The notes beneath the pieces were generated by a model. That model ran no database searches. It saw only the letters and a program-made list of their open reading frames with translations, and was not told where the DNA came from. From an uncultured cyanobacterium (GTDB lineage: Bacteria > Cyanobacteriota > Cyanobacteriia > Cyanobacteriales > Nostocaceae), in NCBI GenBank assembly GCA_963766435.1, contig CAVXZH010000005.1, positions 265,610-329,609 of the forward strand: a DNA stretch of 64,000 nt, in the 5' to 3' direction. The position numbers and the translations under genes are program-made. Below are positions 44,603 through 54,924 of this stretch, piece by piece. Numbering within the stretch: the first letter of the stretch is position 1; each line of letters begins with the position of its first letter.

Positions 44603-45871
44603 TTATGGGACGCTCTTTAATTGCAAAGTATCTACGTCAAGATTATTATCCTCAAGCCAAACTGCAATCGGATTCTGACGCTTGATAACCGAACTCTTAA
44701 TTTCATCCAATTTAATCGGAGGTTTCAAAGTTGCCAATTTTTGTTTGAGTGGATGTAACTCTTTCAAAATCATTTCCTTGTCAGATGGATAAGCTTCCAC
44801 CTTACAAATAACCAGATGACAATCATAAACAATTTCATCTTGGATATTTTGTTTGCTTGAATAACCAGGTTGTTGAATAAGCTTTTGTTTTGCTTCTCCT
44901 AATTGTTCAATAGCCTTAGACCAATCTTTTAAACTCATATAAGTATAAGCTATATGAGCAGGATAACGGTCATTATCTTTATTCTTATCACTATCTCTCA
45001 ATGCTATAAAGATTTTTAAAGCATTTTTTACCAATTGTTCTTCTATTGATTCTTTCTGTGGTTCTGCATTCTCATAGAGTACTAATTGTGTTTGTCTAAA
45101 AATGTAGGTGCGAGTAGCAGTAGAGATATATTGAATATTTTCAATTAACTTATTTTCCTGTTCAAGTGAAAGTGTTAAACTTCTATCCAGATGACGACTT
45201 AAAAACTTTAATGTCTGTCCATCTATCTGAGCTTGGTCTTCCACTGCTTTAAGTTTTTGCTTGGTTGCATCAAGTTCTTGTCTCGTTACATCAAGTTCTC
45301 CTTTATTTTGGTTAACTTGTTTTTCGATTTTTTCCTGTCTTTTTGCAATTCCATCTACAGCCTGATTTAATAAACTTCTTCCACCATAACCACCAATAAT
45401 TGCTGTACCTAAAAACTTGATTAAGGAAAGATTTTCTTCCCCACCAGGTAAAATTAGAAATACAACTAATGCTCCACCTATACCAATTAGACAATCAGCT
45501 ATTACACCAAGGTAAATTACTTTTGCACTAGATTTATTAAAATTTCCAGATGCTGATTCTGTAACTAATTTCTGATCAGAATTGACAGAATTTTCCCCAA
45601 CTAGAACTGTTGATGGACTATCTTCACTAATATGGGGTAATTTTAGCTCTCCATTTTGTAGAGAATATAATAAACCACCAAATGAACCTGCTAATAAAAT
45701 GCTAACCACCTGACTAATATTGGCACTGAGTAAAAGTGGTGTTCCCTGAAACTCAATTAGAGATGGATTTCCATAAAACGTAGCCAAATAGGAGTCCGTT
45801 CCAAAGCTCAAAGTCAATCCTGGTAGAATGCTGAGAAGATAATACGGCTTATTCTTGGTATTCATTTTCAA
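44603..45871 (-). CDS. Membrane (4 predicted TM) + coiled-coil + C-terminal helical domain protein, paralog A
   Basis: Paralog of 46135-47373; shared blocks GGLLYSL.NGE, YLGVIADCLIG.GGALV.FLILPGG, GTAIIGGYGGR, DRYPAH.AY..M. Confidence 0.45.
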   Translation of the reverse strand: MKMNTKNKPYYLLSILPGLTLSFGTDSYLATFYGNPSLIEFQGTPLLLSANISQVVSILLAGSFGGLLYSLQNGELKLPHISEDSPSTVLVGENSVNSDQKLVTESASGNFNKSSAKVIYLGVIADCLIGIGGALVVFLILPGGEENLSLIKFLGTAIIGGYGGRSLLNQAVDGIAKRQEKIEKQVNQNKGELDVTRQELDATKQKLKAVEDQAQIDGQTLKFLSRHLDRSLTLSLEQENKLIENIQYISTATRTYIFRQTQLVLYENAEPQKESIEEQLVKNALKIFIALRDSDKNKDNDRYPAHIAYTYMSLKDWSKAIEQLGEAKQKLIQQPGYSSKQNIQDEIVYDCHLVICKVEAYPSDKEMILKELHPLKQKLATLKPPIKLDEIKSSVIKRQNPIAVWLEDNNLDVDTLQLKSVP

Positions 45872-46134
45872 TCATCCACTGAGAAACAATACTCTGCCAA
45901 TTAGCATCGGATTTACAAGAATCCTCTATGTATTCTACATTGCCTTTCAGTACGATTCCTGAAAATAGAGTAATTATTAGTGGAGCGGGCATCTTGCCCG
46001 CCTGATTTCAATGGTGAACCAGCAGTCAGGATTAAGAATAAATCTCAAAAATCATATTTCTTAACTTCTGACTTTTTCTTTCTTCTGACTCCTGACGGAT
46101 GTATTCTTACTATCAACTTAATAACAGCACATCC

Positions 46135-47373
46135 TCAATTATTGAGCGCCTCTAAATTAGTTGGATTAATGTTTTTATCAAACTTAAGCAGCCAAGATTT
46201 AATCTCACTACTATCCATTAACACCCAATTCTCAATTTCACTTAATTTATAACCAGGGCCTAATTTTTTTAATTTTTCTTCGAGTTGCTCTATTTCCTTG
46301 AGATTCAGTTTTTCATCAGATGAAATTTTGGTTTTACAAATAACAAGATGAGATTCATAAACAATCTCATCTTTTTTATTTTCTTCAGCGATATAACCAG
46401 ATTTCTTAAGCTTATTTTTTGCTTCTTCTAATCTACTAATAGCCTGTTCCCACTTTTCTAAATTCATGTGAGCATAGGCTGCATGAGCAGGATAACGGTC
46501 ATTATTTTTGGCTTTACCATCTTGATCCTGATCACTATCTCGCAATGCCTCAAATATTTTTAGCGTATTGCTTATCAATTGTTGTTTTATTGTTGGGTTA
46601 AGTTCTCGTTTTATATTATGGTATAGGACTGACTGTGCTTCTCTAAAGATAGAGGTGCGAGCAAGAGGAGAAACATATTGAATATTTTCTATTAACTTTT
46701 TTTCCAACTCAAATGGAAGTGATAAACTCTGATCAAGATGACGACTTAGTAATCTTAATGTCTCACCATCTTTCTGGGCTTGAGCTTCCACTGCTTTAAG
46801 TTTTTCTTCGTTTATATTGATCTGTTTCTCAATTTTATCTTGCCTTTGTGAGATTCCATTCAGAGCCTGATCCAATAAACGTCTTCCACCATAACCACCA
46901 ATTATTGCTGTACCTAACAACTGTGTCAAAGAAAAGTCTTTATCCTTATCCCCACCAGGTAAAATCAGAAATATCACTAATGCTCCACCTACACCAATTA
47001 GACAATCAGCTATTACACCAAGGTAAAACACTTTTGAAATGCATTCATTATGGCGCTTAGGTTCCTTTTCTGTGTCAGAAGTTTTAAGATTTGATGGAGT
47101 TATAACTTGTATCTCACTATTCTTACTAGAATTAGTAATGTATGGTAGATTGATTTCTCCATTCTTTAAAGAGTATAGCAAACCACCAAATGCTCCTGCT
47201 AACACAATTTTAAGCGTGTATATAGCGCTTGGGCTGAGTGAAAATGATATTTCCTGAAACTGAAATAGGAATGATACTCCATAAAACGTAGCCAGATAAG
47301 TACCAATTCCAAGACTCAAAACCAATGCTAGTAAGAAAATCAGAAAATATGACGGGTTATTGTTGGTACTCAT
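46135..47373 (-). CDS. Membrane + coiled-coil protein, paralog B
   Basis: As above. Confidence 0.45.
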   Translation of the reverse strand: MSTNNNPSYFLIFLLALVLSLGIGTYLATFYGVSFLFQFQEISFSLSPSAIYTLKIVLAGAFGGLLYSLKNGEINLPYITNSSKNSEIQVITPSNLKTSDTEKEPKRHNECISKVFYLGVIADCLIGVGGALVIFLILPGGDKDKDFSLTQLLGTAIIGGYGGRRLLDQALNGISQRQDKIEKQININEEKLKAVEAQAQKDGETLRLLSRHLDQSLSLPFELEKKLIENIQYVSPLARTSIFREAQSVLYHNIKRELNPTIKQQLISNTLKIFEALRDSDQDQDGKAKNNDRYPAHAAYAHMNLEKWEQAISRLEEAKNKLKKSGYIAEENKKDEIVYESHLVICKTKISSDEKLNLKEIEQLEEKLKKLGPGYKLSEIENWVLMDSSEIKSWLLKFDKNINPTNLEALNN

Positions 47374-47527
47374 TTTTAATCATCAATTGGGAAATTGTAC
47401 TTGATTAGTCAGCACTAGATTTATAAAAATCTTCTATAGATTATACATACTTTTTAAGTGTGATTGCTAGAAGTAGAGTAATTATTAGTGATTAAAATTT
47501 ACAACATAGACTGTTAGTAAGCGTCTT

Positions 47528-48154
47528 GTGAGTGGTTGTCATATATTTCCTGGCTTTGCTACTACACAGACAACTATGATAAAATCATATTGTGTTTGCA
47601 TTGTCAATGTAATAGCTGACAACATGATTACCACCATCAAGCACCACTACACCTTGGATGAATATCGCACCATCGAAGAGAAAGCAGAAGGACGCAGCGA
47701 ATATCGAGATGGAGAAATTGTACTCATGGCTGGAGGTTCACTTAATCATAGCCGCATTAATCGGAATATTCTCACCTATCTAACCTTTTCACTGCGGGAT
47801 ACTCAATACGAGTCAATTAATAGTGATTTACGATTGTGGATTCCTGAATATCGACGCGGAGTATATCCAGATGCGATGGTTTTTGATGGTCAACCACAAC
47901 TAAATGATAATCGCACTGATGAAGTATTAAATCCTATCTTGATTGTAGAAGTTTTATCTCCTTCTACCGCAGACTATGACCGAGAAAATAAATTTCGGAT
48001 GTATCGCTCGATTTCTAGTTTTAGAGAATATTTATTAATTGAGCAGAATGAACCTTTTGTGGAACGCTATATTAAGCAGAGTCAAGGTTGGTTACTAACT
48101 GATTTTAATAACTTAGAACAATTGATTTTCTTGGAGACTGACCTAGAACATTGA
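47528..48154 (+). CDS. Uma2-family endonuclease
   Basis: ...EYRDGEIVLMAGGS...PDAMVF...PILIVEVLSPST... Confidence 0.55.
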   Translation: MSGCHIFPGFATTQTTMIKSYCVCIVNVIADNMITTIKHHYTLDEYRTIEEKAEGRSEYRDGEIVLMAGGSLNHSRINRNILTYLTFSLRDTQYESINSDLRLWIPEYRRGVYPDAMVFDGQPQLNDNRTDEVLNPILIVEVLSPSTADYDRENKFRMYRSISSFREYLLIEQNEPFVERYIKQSQGWLLTDFNNLEQLIFLETDLEH

Positions 48155-48222
48155 ATCTCCAGACATAGCTTGACATTTCCAGACATTGTGTAGATAATAG
48201 AGTTGAAAACTTGAATAACGCA

Positions 48223-48823
48223 ATGGCAAATCATGTACCTCCAAGGATTGCTGCTACCAGACTGGGAGTTAGCACCAAAACCCTCGAAAGGTGGCTTAAA
48301 GACGGGAAAATCAAAGGCATTTTCACCCCGTCTGGACAAAGAAGATACGACGTGGACTCAGTTATCTCTACTAGAACTACTGAACAAGAAGACGGACGAG
48401 CCACTATCTTATATGCCAGAGTTTCAAGCCACAGTCAAAAACCTGACCTTGAACAACAAGTACAGTTTCTTCAGTCTCACTATCCCGATGCGGAACTTAT
48501 CACCGACGTTGGAAGTGGACTCAACTTTAGAAGAAAAGGTTTACAAACCTTACTGGACAGAGTTCTCACAAACACTTGCAAACTTGTTGTCATTGCCCAC
48601 AAAGATTGGCTTTGTCGCTTTGGGTTCGATTCTTATCTCATGGTTGTGTGCTAGGCAGCAGACTGAGGTATTGGTTCTCAACCAAACGAACCTCAGCCCA
48701 GAAAGAGAAATGGTGGAAGATATTCTCGCCATCATCCACGTCTTTAGTTGCAGACTGTATGGACTCAGAAAGTACAAAAAACAAATTAACGAGGACGCTG
48801 ACTTACCGAGTTTACCCAAATAA
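48223..48823 (+). CDS. tnpA: IS607-type TnpA (MerR-like HTH + serine recombinase), apparent frameshift near 48630
   Basis: ILYARVSSHSQ catalytic-Ser motif; C-terminus ...TEVLVLNQTNLSPEREMVEDILAIIHVFSCRLYG continues in another frame. Confidence 0.55.
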
Positions 48824-50012
48824 AGAACTTGAGCAAATTTGGAAAAAATGGGTAGCTGCGGCTCGTAAAGTTTATAACATCTCCATTGCTTATCTAAACC
48901 AGCACCAAGGTTACATCAAGATATGTAATAAAGGTGGGAAGATGGGATTTAGAACCATGCTGAAAGCTTCTGGTTTAATCCCTCAGTGGTGTATTGATTT
49001 AAGTGCCTCTAAAATACTAGATAATTCCTCAATGGCAGCTTATACAGCTTGGGTTAATACTCAAAGAAACCCTAAGTTTATTGGTAAAGGCAAAAATCGA
49101 AAACCGCATCCTCAAGCTGGTTTAAAAATAGCAAAGTTTCGTTCAATTCGTGACTCTAAGCAAACCATCCAGTTCGACCCGACTAACTATAAAAATGGGA
49201 CTTGGATGATATCTACGACCAAGCATCTACCAAAACCTGAATTCAAAGGTCATGATTTTTGTCCATTAACCAATGGAGCAACTGAGTTGACCTACAATAA
49301 AGGACGATGGTTTGCTCACTTTCCGGTTGAATTTGAAGTAACTCCACAAGTTACCAATAAGGTAATAGCACTTGACCCTGGTATTAGAACTTTCATGACT
49401 GGGTTTGATGGTAGTGACTTTTTGGAATTTGGTGGTGGAGATTTCAATGGATTAGCAAAACTTTGTTGGCATTTAGATAAACTGAAATCTAGACACTATC
49501 AAGCTAAAGGGCAAATTTATAAGCGGCTGAGACATAAACTAAAACAGGCGATGGAAAGAATCAGGACTAGAATTCAAAATCTACGTTCTGAATGTCATAA
49601 ACAAGTAGCATCGTATTTAGCTAGAAACTACGATATTATTGTGCTTCCAACTTTTGAAACATCAGAAATGGTGGCAAAAAAGAAGCGTAAGTTGAGAAAT
49701 AAAACTGCCAGAGCAATGATGACCTGGGCATTTTATCAATTCTCTCAAACACTCGAACATCTGTGTAACCGATATGGTTCCAGATTGGTAAGAATCACGG
49801 AAGAATATACTTCTAAAACTTGTACCAAATGTGGGCATATTCATTCAAAGCTTGGTGGCTCTAAATTGTTTAAATGCCCTCATTGTGGTTACGAAATACC
49901 GCGTGATTTTAATGGAGCCGTGGGGATTTTCCTCAAGGCTATGTGGGATTCCACCTTCACCAACACTGTTGGTAATGTTGTACTTGATGTCCAAGATGTC
50001 TCTGATGTCTGA
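48762..50012 (+). CDS. tnpB: TnpB (OrfB, RuvC-like with zinc finger)
   Basis: LTYRVYPNKELEQIWKKW... N-terminus; C-terminal CTKCGHIH...CPHCGYEIPRDFNGAVGI. Confidence 0.7.
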   Translation, partial: DSESTKNKLTRTLTYRVYPNKELEQIWKKWVAAARKVYNISIAYLNQHQGYIKICNKGGKMGFRTMLKASGLIPQWCIDLSASKILDNSSMAAYTAWVNTQRNPKFIGKGKNRKPHPQAGLKIAKFRSIRDSKQTIQFDPTNYKNGTWMISTTKHLPKPEFKGHDFCPLTNGATELTYNKGRWFAHFPVEFEVTPQVTNKVIALDPGIRTFMTGFDGSDFLEFGGGDFNGLAKLCWHLDKLKSRHYQAKGQIYKRLRHKLKQAMERIRTRIQNLRSECHKQVASYLARNYDIIVLPTFETSEMVAKKKRKLRNKTARAMMTWAFYQFSQTLEHLCNRYGSRLVRITEEYTSKTCTKCGHIHSKLGGSKLFKCPHCGYEIPRDFNGAVGIFLKAMWDSTFTNTVGNVVLDVQDVSDV

Positions 50013-50157
50013 GGATGTTTAGGTTAAAAGAATCAGTCGATAGGAATAGAATTACCAATGACGGAAATTTATCGAAGTATTGTGTTTGGGTAAATGAGAT
50101 TGATTAGGAGGAGATATGCAATGGCTACTCTGAATATAGCCATTGATATTTCATAGT

Positions 50158-50520
50158 CTAACGTGTAAGCGATACAACAGTTTTTTGGCCAGTTTGAGTG
50201 ATACCCAACATATTGCACACAGGAGCTAAGGCCGCTGCAGGAGGAAAAAAACTCGTAGCCAATCCATCTATAGTATAACAGATTCCCACAAGCGTTGCTG
50301 TCTCCATAATGGTTTTAGCCAAATCACAAACAACTTCTCCAACCCCACTATCTGGTTGACTAAACAGACAATTTTTAATCAGGTTTTCATAATTCTGATT
50401 ATTAGTGGCAATATTAGAAGCGAGAGCAGGCTTCTCAATGTAAAACCATGTTGTAAGCATCAAAACTAAAAACAGTGACAATATTTTTCTAGCCACACTG
50501 AAGAATGTATTGTGCAACAC
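50158..50520 (-). CDS. small secreted/membrane hypothetical protein
   Basis: Signal/TM-like N-terminus. Confidence 0.3.
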   Translation of the reverse strand: MLHNTFFSVARKILSLFLVLMLTTWFYIEKPALASNIATNNQNYENLIKNCLFSQPDSGVGEVVCDLAKTIMETATLVGICYTIDGLATSFFPPAAALAPVCNMLGITQTGQKTVVSLTR

Positions 50521-50805
50521 TTTATTCCTCGTTAAATTACTTTACTTGAGTTTATACAAAATTTTTCCTTGTGTCAACCATATTCATTGATTAACTGTGA
50601 CTTTTCCATTAAGTCGTTAAACTCCCAATTAACAAGGGTTTTAGACTATAGTCCGATTCTCAACCAGCAACTTTTAATGAGAATTGTCAACGAGAAAATA
50701 CGACTTTGGGGCGGGGGTTTTAGTAGGTGACACCTTCTCCTTCGGAGACACTGACGCGAACAGCGCGGTGTAGTCATCGCTCAATCAGAAAGATAACGGG
50801 AAAAG

Positions 50806-51615
50806 TCATGTCCCGATAATTGGAATTAAATATTCTTCAACTTCTTGGATATAGGCTGTTAAACCTGTATCAACACCTCTTTTATATAAAACTTCTAAAT
50901 TTGTATCTTCCCAGCACTGCTGTTCTCGTTCCATGTCTCCACCTGTTAGTTGCTCGACTACTACTTTCGGATTTCTGATTCGGTTAGGTTCTTCAAAATC
51001 AGTAGAGCGGAGTCTATATGATTCTATGCATGGATTAAAATTTAATTGAGTCTTAATCTCTTCTAAAATTTGCTCCTCCTGTTGATTAGAGGAAATAAAG
51101 CCGTTCAGAACCCATGCTTCACGTTTTGGATTAGCTACACCAATAATAATTTCTAATTTAGGATGTTTATTGATGTCTTGTAACCGTGCTTGTTCAATTC
51201 CTTCCTTACGTTCTGGTTGATTATCTAAATCGCGGATAAATATAACAGCTCTTATTCTTCGTGTTTTTTGTAAAAAACGGACTAAATTAAGAATCTTGAT
51301 AGATGCAGCTCCATCAGCTTTTAAAGGTATACCATTACCATGACCCAAATATTTAACAGGTCGATAATTTAATTCTTGTTTTGCATATTCAATAATTTCC
51401 ATAATGTTTTTCCAACAGGAATATTCAGTTCCTGCTTGCAAACCACTCCATCGGAATATATATTGTATTTGCTCAGACTCTAACCAGTCAATTTTATCTA
51501 TTAAAACACGCTCGGCTAATTTAGTAGCAGTTCTTGCATCTGCACTACTCTCAACTATGATAATAAATTCAATCACTGACCTCTCCTGCAATAACCCAAT
51601 CTTCACCCTCAGCAC
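50806..51615 (-). CDS. Toprim-like nuclease-domain protein (DUF4435/DUF4276-like), partner of the upstream ATPase
   Basis: Conserved acidic E (IIIVESSAD) and DxD (VIFIRDLDNQ) spaced as in Toprim; overlaps the ATPase gene by 47 nt. Confidence 0.45.
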   Translation of the reverse strand: MLRVKIGLLQERSVIEFIIIVESSADARTATKLAERVLIDKIDWLESEQIQYIFRWSGLQAGTEYSCWKNIMEIIEYAKQELNYRPVKYLGHGNGIPLKADGAASIKILNLVRFLQKTRRIRAVIFIRDLDNQPERKEGIEQARLQDINKHPKLEIIIGVANPKREAWVLNGFISSNQQEEQILEEIKTQLNFNPCIESYRLRSTDFEEPNRIRNPKVVVEQLTGGDMEREQQCWEDTNLEVLYKRGVDTGLTAYIQEVEEYLIPIIGT

Positions 51616-52807
51616 CCCAAAATTCGCCAGTTGTTAAAGTTTGTTTTGCCCATTCTATATCAGGATGTTCATCTAAACGCTTGGAAATTGTGAAACCTGA
51701 ATCGCTGTTATTTAATATATGTACTTGAGCAGGAGCAAGTTCGTCAATAATATAAGGAGAATGAGTAGAAAAAATAATTTGTAGGTTTTTATTATTTTGT
51801 ATAATTTCCTTAAAAACATTCATCAGCTGACGTTGGGCTTTAGGATGAAGTCCCTGTTCTACATCATCTAATAAAACTAAATTAGGTTGATTAGGATTTA
51901 TGATTACAGTTAATAAGCCTAGAGTTAGCATTGTTCCTTCGCTAATTGCATGGGCTGGTATACGTTCACCTGTATTCATATCTAATATAACTTCTTGTCC
52001 TGCCATTTTTTCACTTTGTTCATAGGAAATTGATTTACCATCAACTTCAATTAAACGTTTGTGAGTAACTGGAACTATTGCTCTTTTTATCCCGATTTTG
52101 CGTACATTAGGTACAATCCGACTCAACATTTCTTCGATTAATTTAAATTTATCTGGAGCTTCATTCCGCAGAAAATCTAAAGTAGGTGCTAATCCTGAAC
52201 CATCAAACTCGACTTTTGGTATGATTTCACTACTGTAAGCAGCTTTAGTAAGATTGCTTGCAACTAACTTTAGGTAAACAGTATTTATTAAAGATTTAGA
52301 AATTTCATTTGGTAAAAGTTCAGAAATCATCTTTGATGATATATTCGACGATTTTTTCTTAAATTCCCAAGTATCTTCATTTCCATTTGCTTTCCATGAT
52401 ACTGTTGCATTCCATCCAGTATTTTTTTTCTTACCACTATCAATATTTTCCTGCTTCCAATGATAAGAAATTTCCCAATTTTTTTTATTATCGTCATCTT
52501 CCCAAAAACCATTTACTGTCACAGAGATATCTTTTTCCCCAATTGTTGTAATAAATTCAGGTGAGCTTTCATCCTTAAATATGCTTACAAATCTAGTATT
52601 AGTAATACTGCTTAGGTAGTATAATGATTGCAGTACTGATGTTTTGCCAGTACTGTTTTTTCCTACAAGCGCACACAAGCGGGAATTATCGAAATTAAGT
52701 TCTGTCGATTTCAGAGCTTTGAAATTATGAAGTAATACCTTCTGTAACATTTGATAATTAATATTTCTAGATACAATAACCACTTCTATTCTATCATCTA
52801 TGAGCAA
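51569..52807 (-). CDS. ABC-type ATPase of the AAA_15/AAA_21 family (OLD/AriA-like)
   Basis: Walker A GKNSTGKTS, D-loop/Walker B LVLLDDVEQGLHP, H-loop FSTHSPYII. Confidence 0.6.
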   Translation of the reverse strand: MLIDDRIEVVIVSRNINYQMLQKVLLHNFKALKSTELNFDNSRLCALVGKNSTGKTSVLQSLYYLSSITNTRFVSIFKDESSPEFITTIGEKDISVTVNGFWEDDDNKKNWEISYHWKQENIDSGKKKNTGWNATVSWKANGNEDTWEFKKKSSNISSKMISELLPNEISKSLINTVYLKLVASNLTKAAYSSEIIPKVEFDGSGLAPTLDFLRNEAPDKFKLIEEMLSRIVPNVRKIGIKRAIVPVTHKRLIEVDGKSISYEQSEKMAGQEVILDMNTGERIPAHAISEGTMLTLGLLTVIINPNQPNLVLLDDVEQGLHPKAQRQLMNVFKEIIQNNKNLQIIFSTHSPYIIDELAPAQVHILNNSDSGFTISKRLDEHPDIEWAKQTLTTGEFWGAEGEDWVIAGEVSD

Positions 52808-53021
52808 TTATGCGATCGCTCTTTGGAAGATGGGATTTGGGATTGTTTAAGATAGGCCATTGAATTTCTTCTCGGACTTCAAAAGGTAGCTGTTCTGGAC
52901 GTTCAAGTGGTTCACCTTCCCAGGAACCTACAACTTCTTCAATAAATTCACGTGTATATCCTAATTCTTCCTGCATTTTAGTTACTCGCTTGTGTTTAAG
53001 GTGGATTGCGCTAAAGCGCAA
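52794..53021 (-). CDS. small hypothetical protein
   Basis: 75-aa ORF overlapping a copy of the dispersed palindrome arm. Confidence 0.2.
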   Translation of the reverse strand: MRFSAIHLKHKRVTKMQEELGYTREFIEEVVGSWEGEPLERPEQLPFEVREEIQWPILNNPKSHLPKSDRIIAHR

Positions 53022-53052
53022 CTACGAACAAATAATTTTGTGTCTTCTCAAT

Positions 53053-54387
53053 TTATCTGATTTTACCATATTCTGTATCCAAAATATGATTCTGTTGATA
53101 AATTATTTCCATTCTCAATTTCTCCATCTCTAACTTCAATCGCTCATTCTCAATTTTCAATGTAGCATTTTCATCCTTAATCACCTCAACCTCATTCCGC
53201 TTGCTCAAAGCCTGATTAATCGCTAGTTTTCGCATATCTAAGGAAAACCAACGTTGATAAGTTTGTGTATGCACCTGTACACTATGCCCTAAATTATCTG
53301 CTGCTGCTTTGATGGGAATTCCTAAAATATGTGCTCTAATTGCCCAAGCATGACGTAAATCATAGGGTTTGAAATCTAATCCAATTTTTCTAAACCACCA
53401 ACTTACTCGTTGGGTTAGTGCGGTTATTTCAGCATGATTAGTATTATCTTTTTTATTAACTGCTGTGATTAACATTTCTACATATTTGGGATTACTTAAA
53501 TCAAATTCTTCAATCCATTGTTTATATAATGGTAAAGCTTGTCTTTCTCCAGTTTTACAATCTTTATGAACTTTCCAGGTTAAATCTACATTTTCTTTAC
53601 TTAACCACCAATCAATATCAGGATTAATGAAAAGTTCTCTTGGTCGTAATCCAAAAACTGCTAACATTCCATAAGTCCAGCGCCAAAGTTGCCAGCTATC
53701 TTTCACTTCTTGGTTTACTTGTTTGCCTCGATTATTTAAATAATCTTCAAATTTGATGATTCCGGCAATTATTTCCCCATCTGTGGGAATTTTCCGAGAA
53801 TTATTCTCAGGCATTTTCGCATATTTAGATAAATCAATCTCAATTTTAAAGGTCTGACAAAATGCAGCAATAGCTCTAGCAGCATTATATTTAGACCATT
53901 CTTTATCAATTTTTTCAATTGAATTAATCAGATTTTCGGCAGTTGCTAATTCTTCGGGATTAGTAAAACGCTTGGTACGAGAAAAGTAATAAAAAAATGT
54001 ATGTTCACTTTTAGTAGTACGCTGATGGGTTTTAAAATATTCTGTGGCAAATTCTGCCAATAACTCTCCCATAGTTTTAATATCTTTTTTAATAACTTCT
54101 TTACTTAAATATTTATCATTCCAGACAAAAGTTTTCCGGGCAATTAACTTTCCCAATTCATAAGCTTCTTCTTCAGCAGTTTTCAATCCGTCTAAGTTAG
54201 CAGGAATATTTAAACTCAGATTATATTGTTTTCTCCCAGTTCCATTGGTATCTTTATCTTCTGGTTTAATTGGTAACGTTGCACGTAGTTGCAGACTTCC
54301 ATTGGATTCTCGAATTGTGACTTTTGTTTTCGCAGATTTCAAACGGAGATTCACTTGTTCTAATTCCGTTGTTAATTTTGTTGTCAT
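53053..54387 (-). CDS. xisA: XisA site-specific recombinase of nifD element 2
   Basis: 444 aa with the same conserved motifs; at the nifK-proximal border of an element bounded by GGATTACTCCG. Confidence 0.85.
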   Translation of the reverse strand: MTTKLTTELEQVNLRLKSAKTKVTIRESNGSLQLRATLPIKPEDKDTNGTGRKQYNLSLNIPANLDGLKTAEEEAYELGKLIARKTFVWNDKYLSKEVIKKDIKTMGELLAEFATEYFKTHQRTTKSEHTFFYYFSRTKRFTNPEELATAENLINSIEKIDKEWSKYNAARAIAAFCQTFKIEIDLSKYAKMPENNSRKIPTDGEIIAGIIKFEDYLNNRGKQVNQEVKDSWQLWRWTYGMLAVFGLRPRELFINPDIDWWLSKENVDLTWKVHKDCKTGERQALPLYKQWIEEFDLSNPKYVEMLITAVNKKDNTNHAEITALTQRVSWWFRKIGLDFKPYDLRHAWAIRAHILGIPIKAAADNLGHSVQVHTQTYQRWFSLDMRKLAINQALSKRNEVEVIKDENATLKIENERLKLEMEKLRMEIIYQQNHILDTEYGKIR

Positions 54388-54553
54388 ACAGTATCTGTGT
54401 AGCTATGTGAATATTTCTCTAATTTCCTGCTCCCTGCTGCCTTCTACCTTACATTTATTCTCAAAATAAATATGTTATTAACAAACAATGTTTAGGGCTG
54501 ACATTGATTATTATAAACATTAATTTATCGAAAATTAGTCAATGATTAATCAG

Positions 54554-54564
54554 GATTACTCCGG
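54554..54564. repeat. GGATTACTCCG direct repeat (right copy)
   Basis: Exact match to 27356-27366. Confidence 0.85.
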
Positions 54565-54703
54565 CCCTTATCACGGTTACGACGGATTTGCTATCTTCGC
54601 TCGTGATATGGATTTAGCTCTTAACAGTCCCACCTGGGGATTAATCGGCGCTCCCTGGAATAAAACTGCTAAGGCTAAAGCTACAGCTAAAGCTAAAGTG
54701 TAG
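54565..54703 (+). CDS. nifD: nifD segment 3 (C-terminal 46 codons)
   Basis: [46 protein letters not shown]; segments 937+442+139 = 1518 nt = 506 codons in frame. Confidence 0.9.
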
Positions 54704-54924
54704 AAATATCTCCTTAGGGCGGGGAAAACCCGCCTGTCATAGATAAGAGTTAGGAATTCAAAATTTAAAATTAAAAATTCATAGTTTTGAATTTTGCATT
54801 TTGAATTTTGATGGACATTTCCTACTCTTTCTAAAAGCAAGAGAGCGGGAACACCCCATCCCTATAACGCCGCAACTCCTGCATTTATCAATTAAAAAAT
54901 ACAGCCAAGCTTGGAGATGTAGAA

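Larger units (their letters stand above)
48200..50040. mobile_element. IS607-like (IS200/IS605 superfamily) element: serine-recombinase tnpA + tnpB
   Basis: Adjacent tnpA/tnpB pair; ends not defined. Confidence 0.6.
27367..54564. mobile_element. nifD-interrupting element 2 (~27.2 kb), classical xisA/GGATTACTCCG-type
   Basis: Flanked by identical 11-bp repeats inside the WDYSG codons of nifD; xisA at the nifK-proximal end. Confidence 0.85.
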
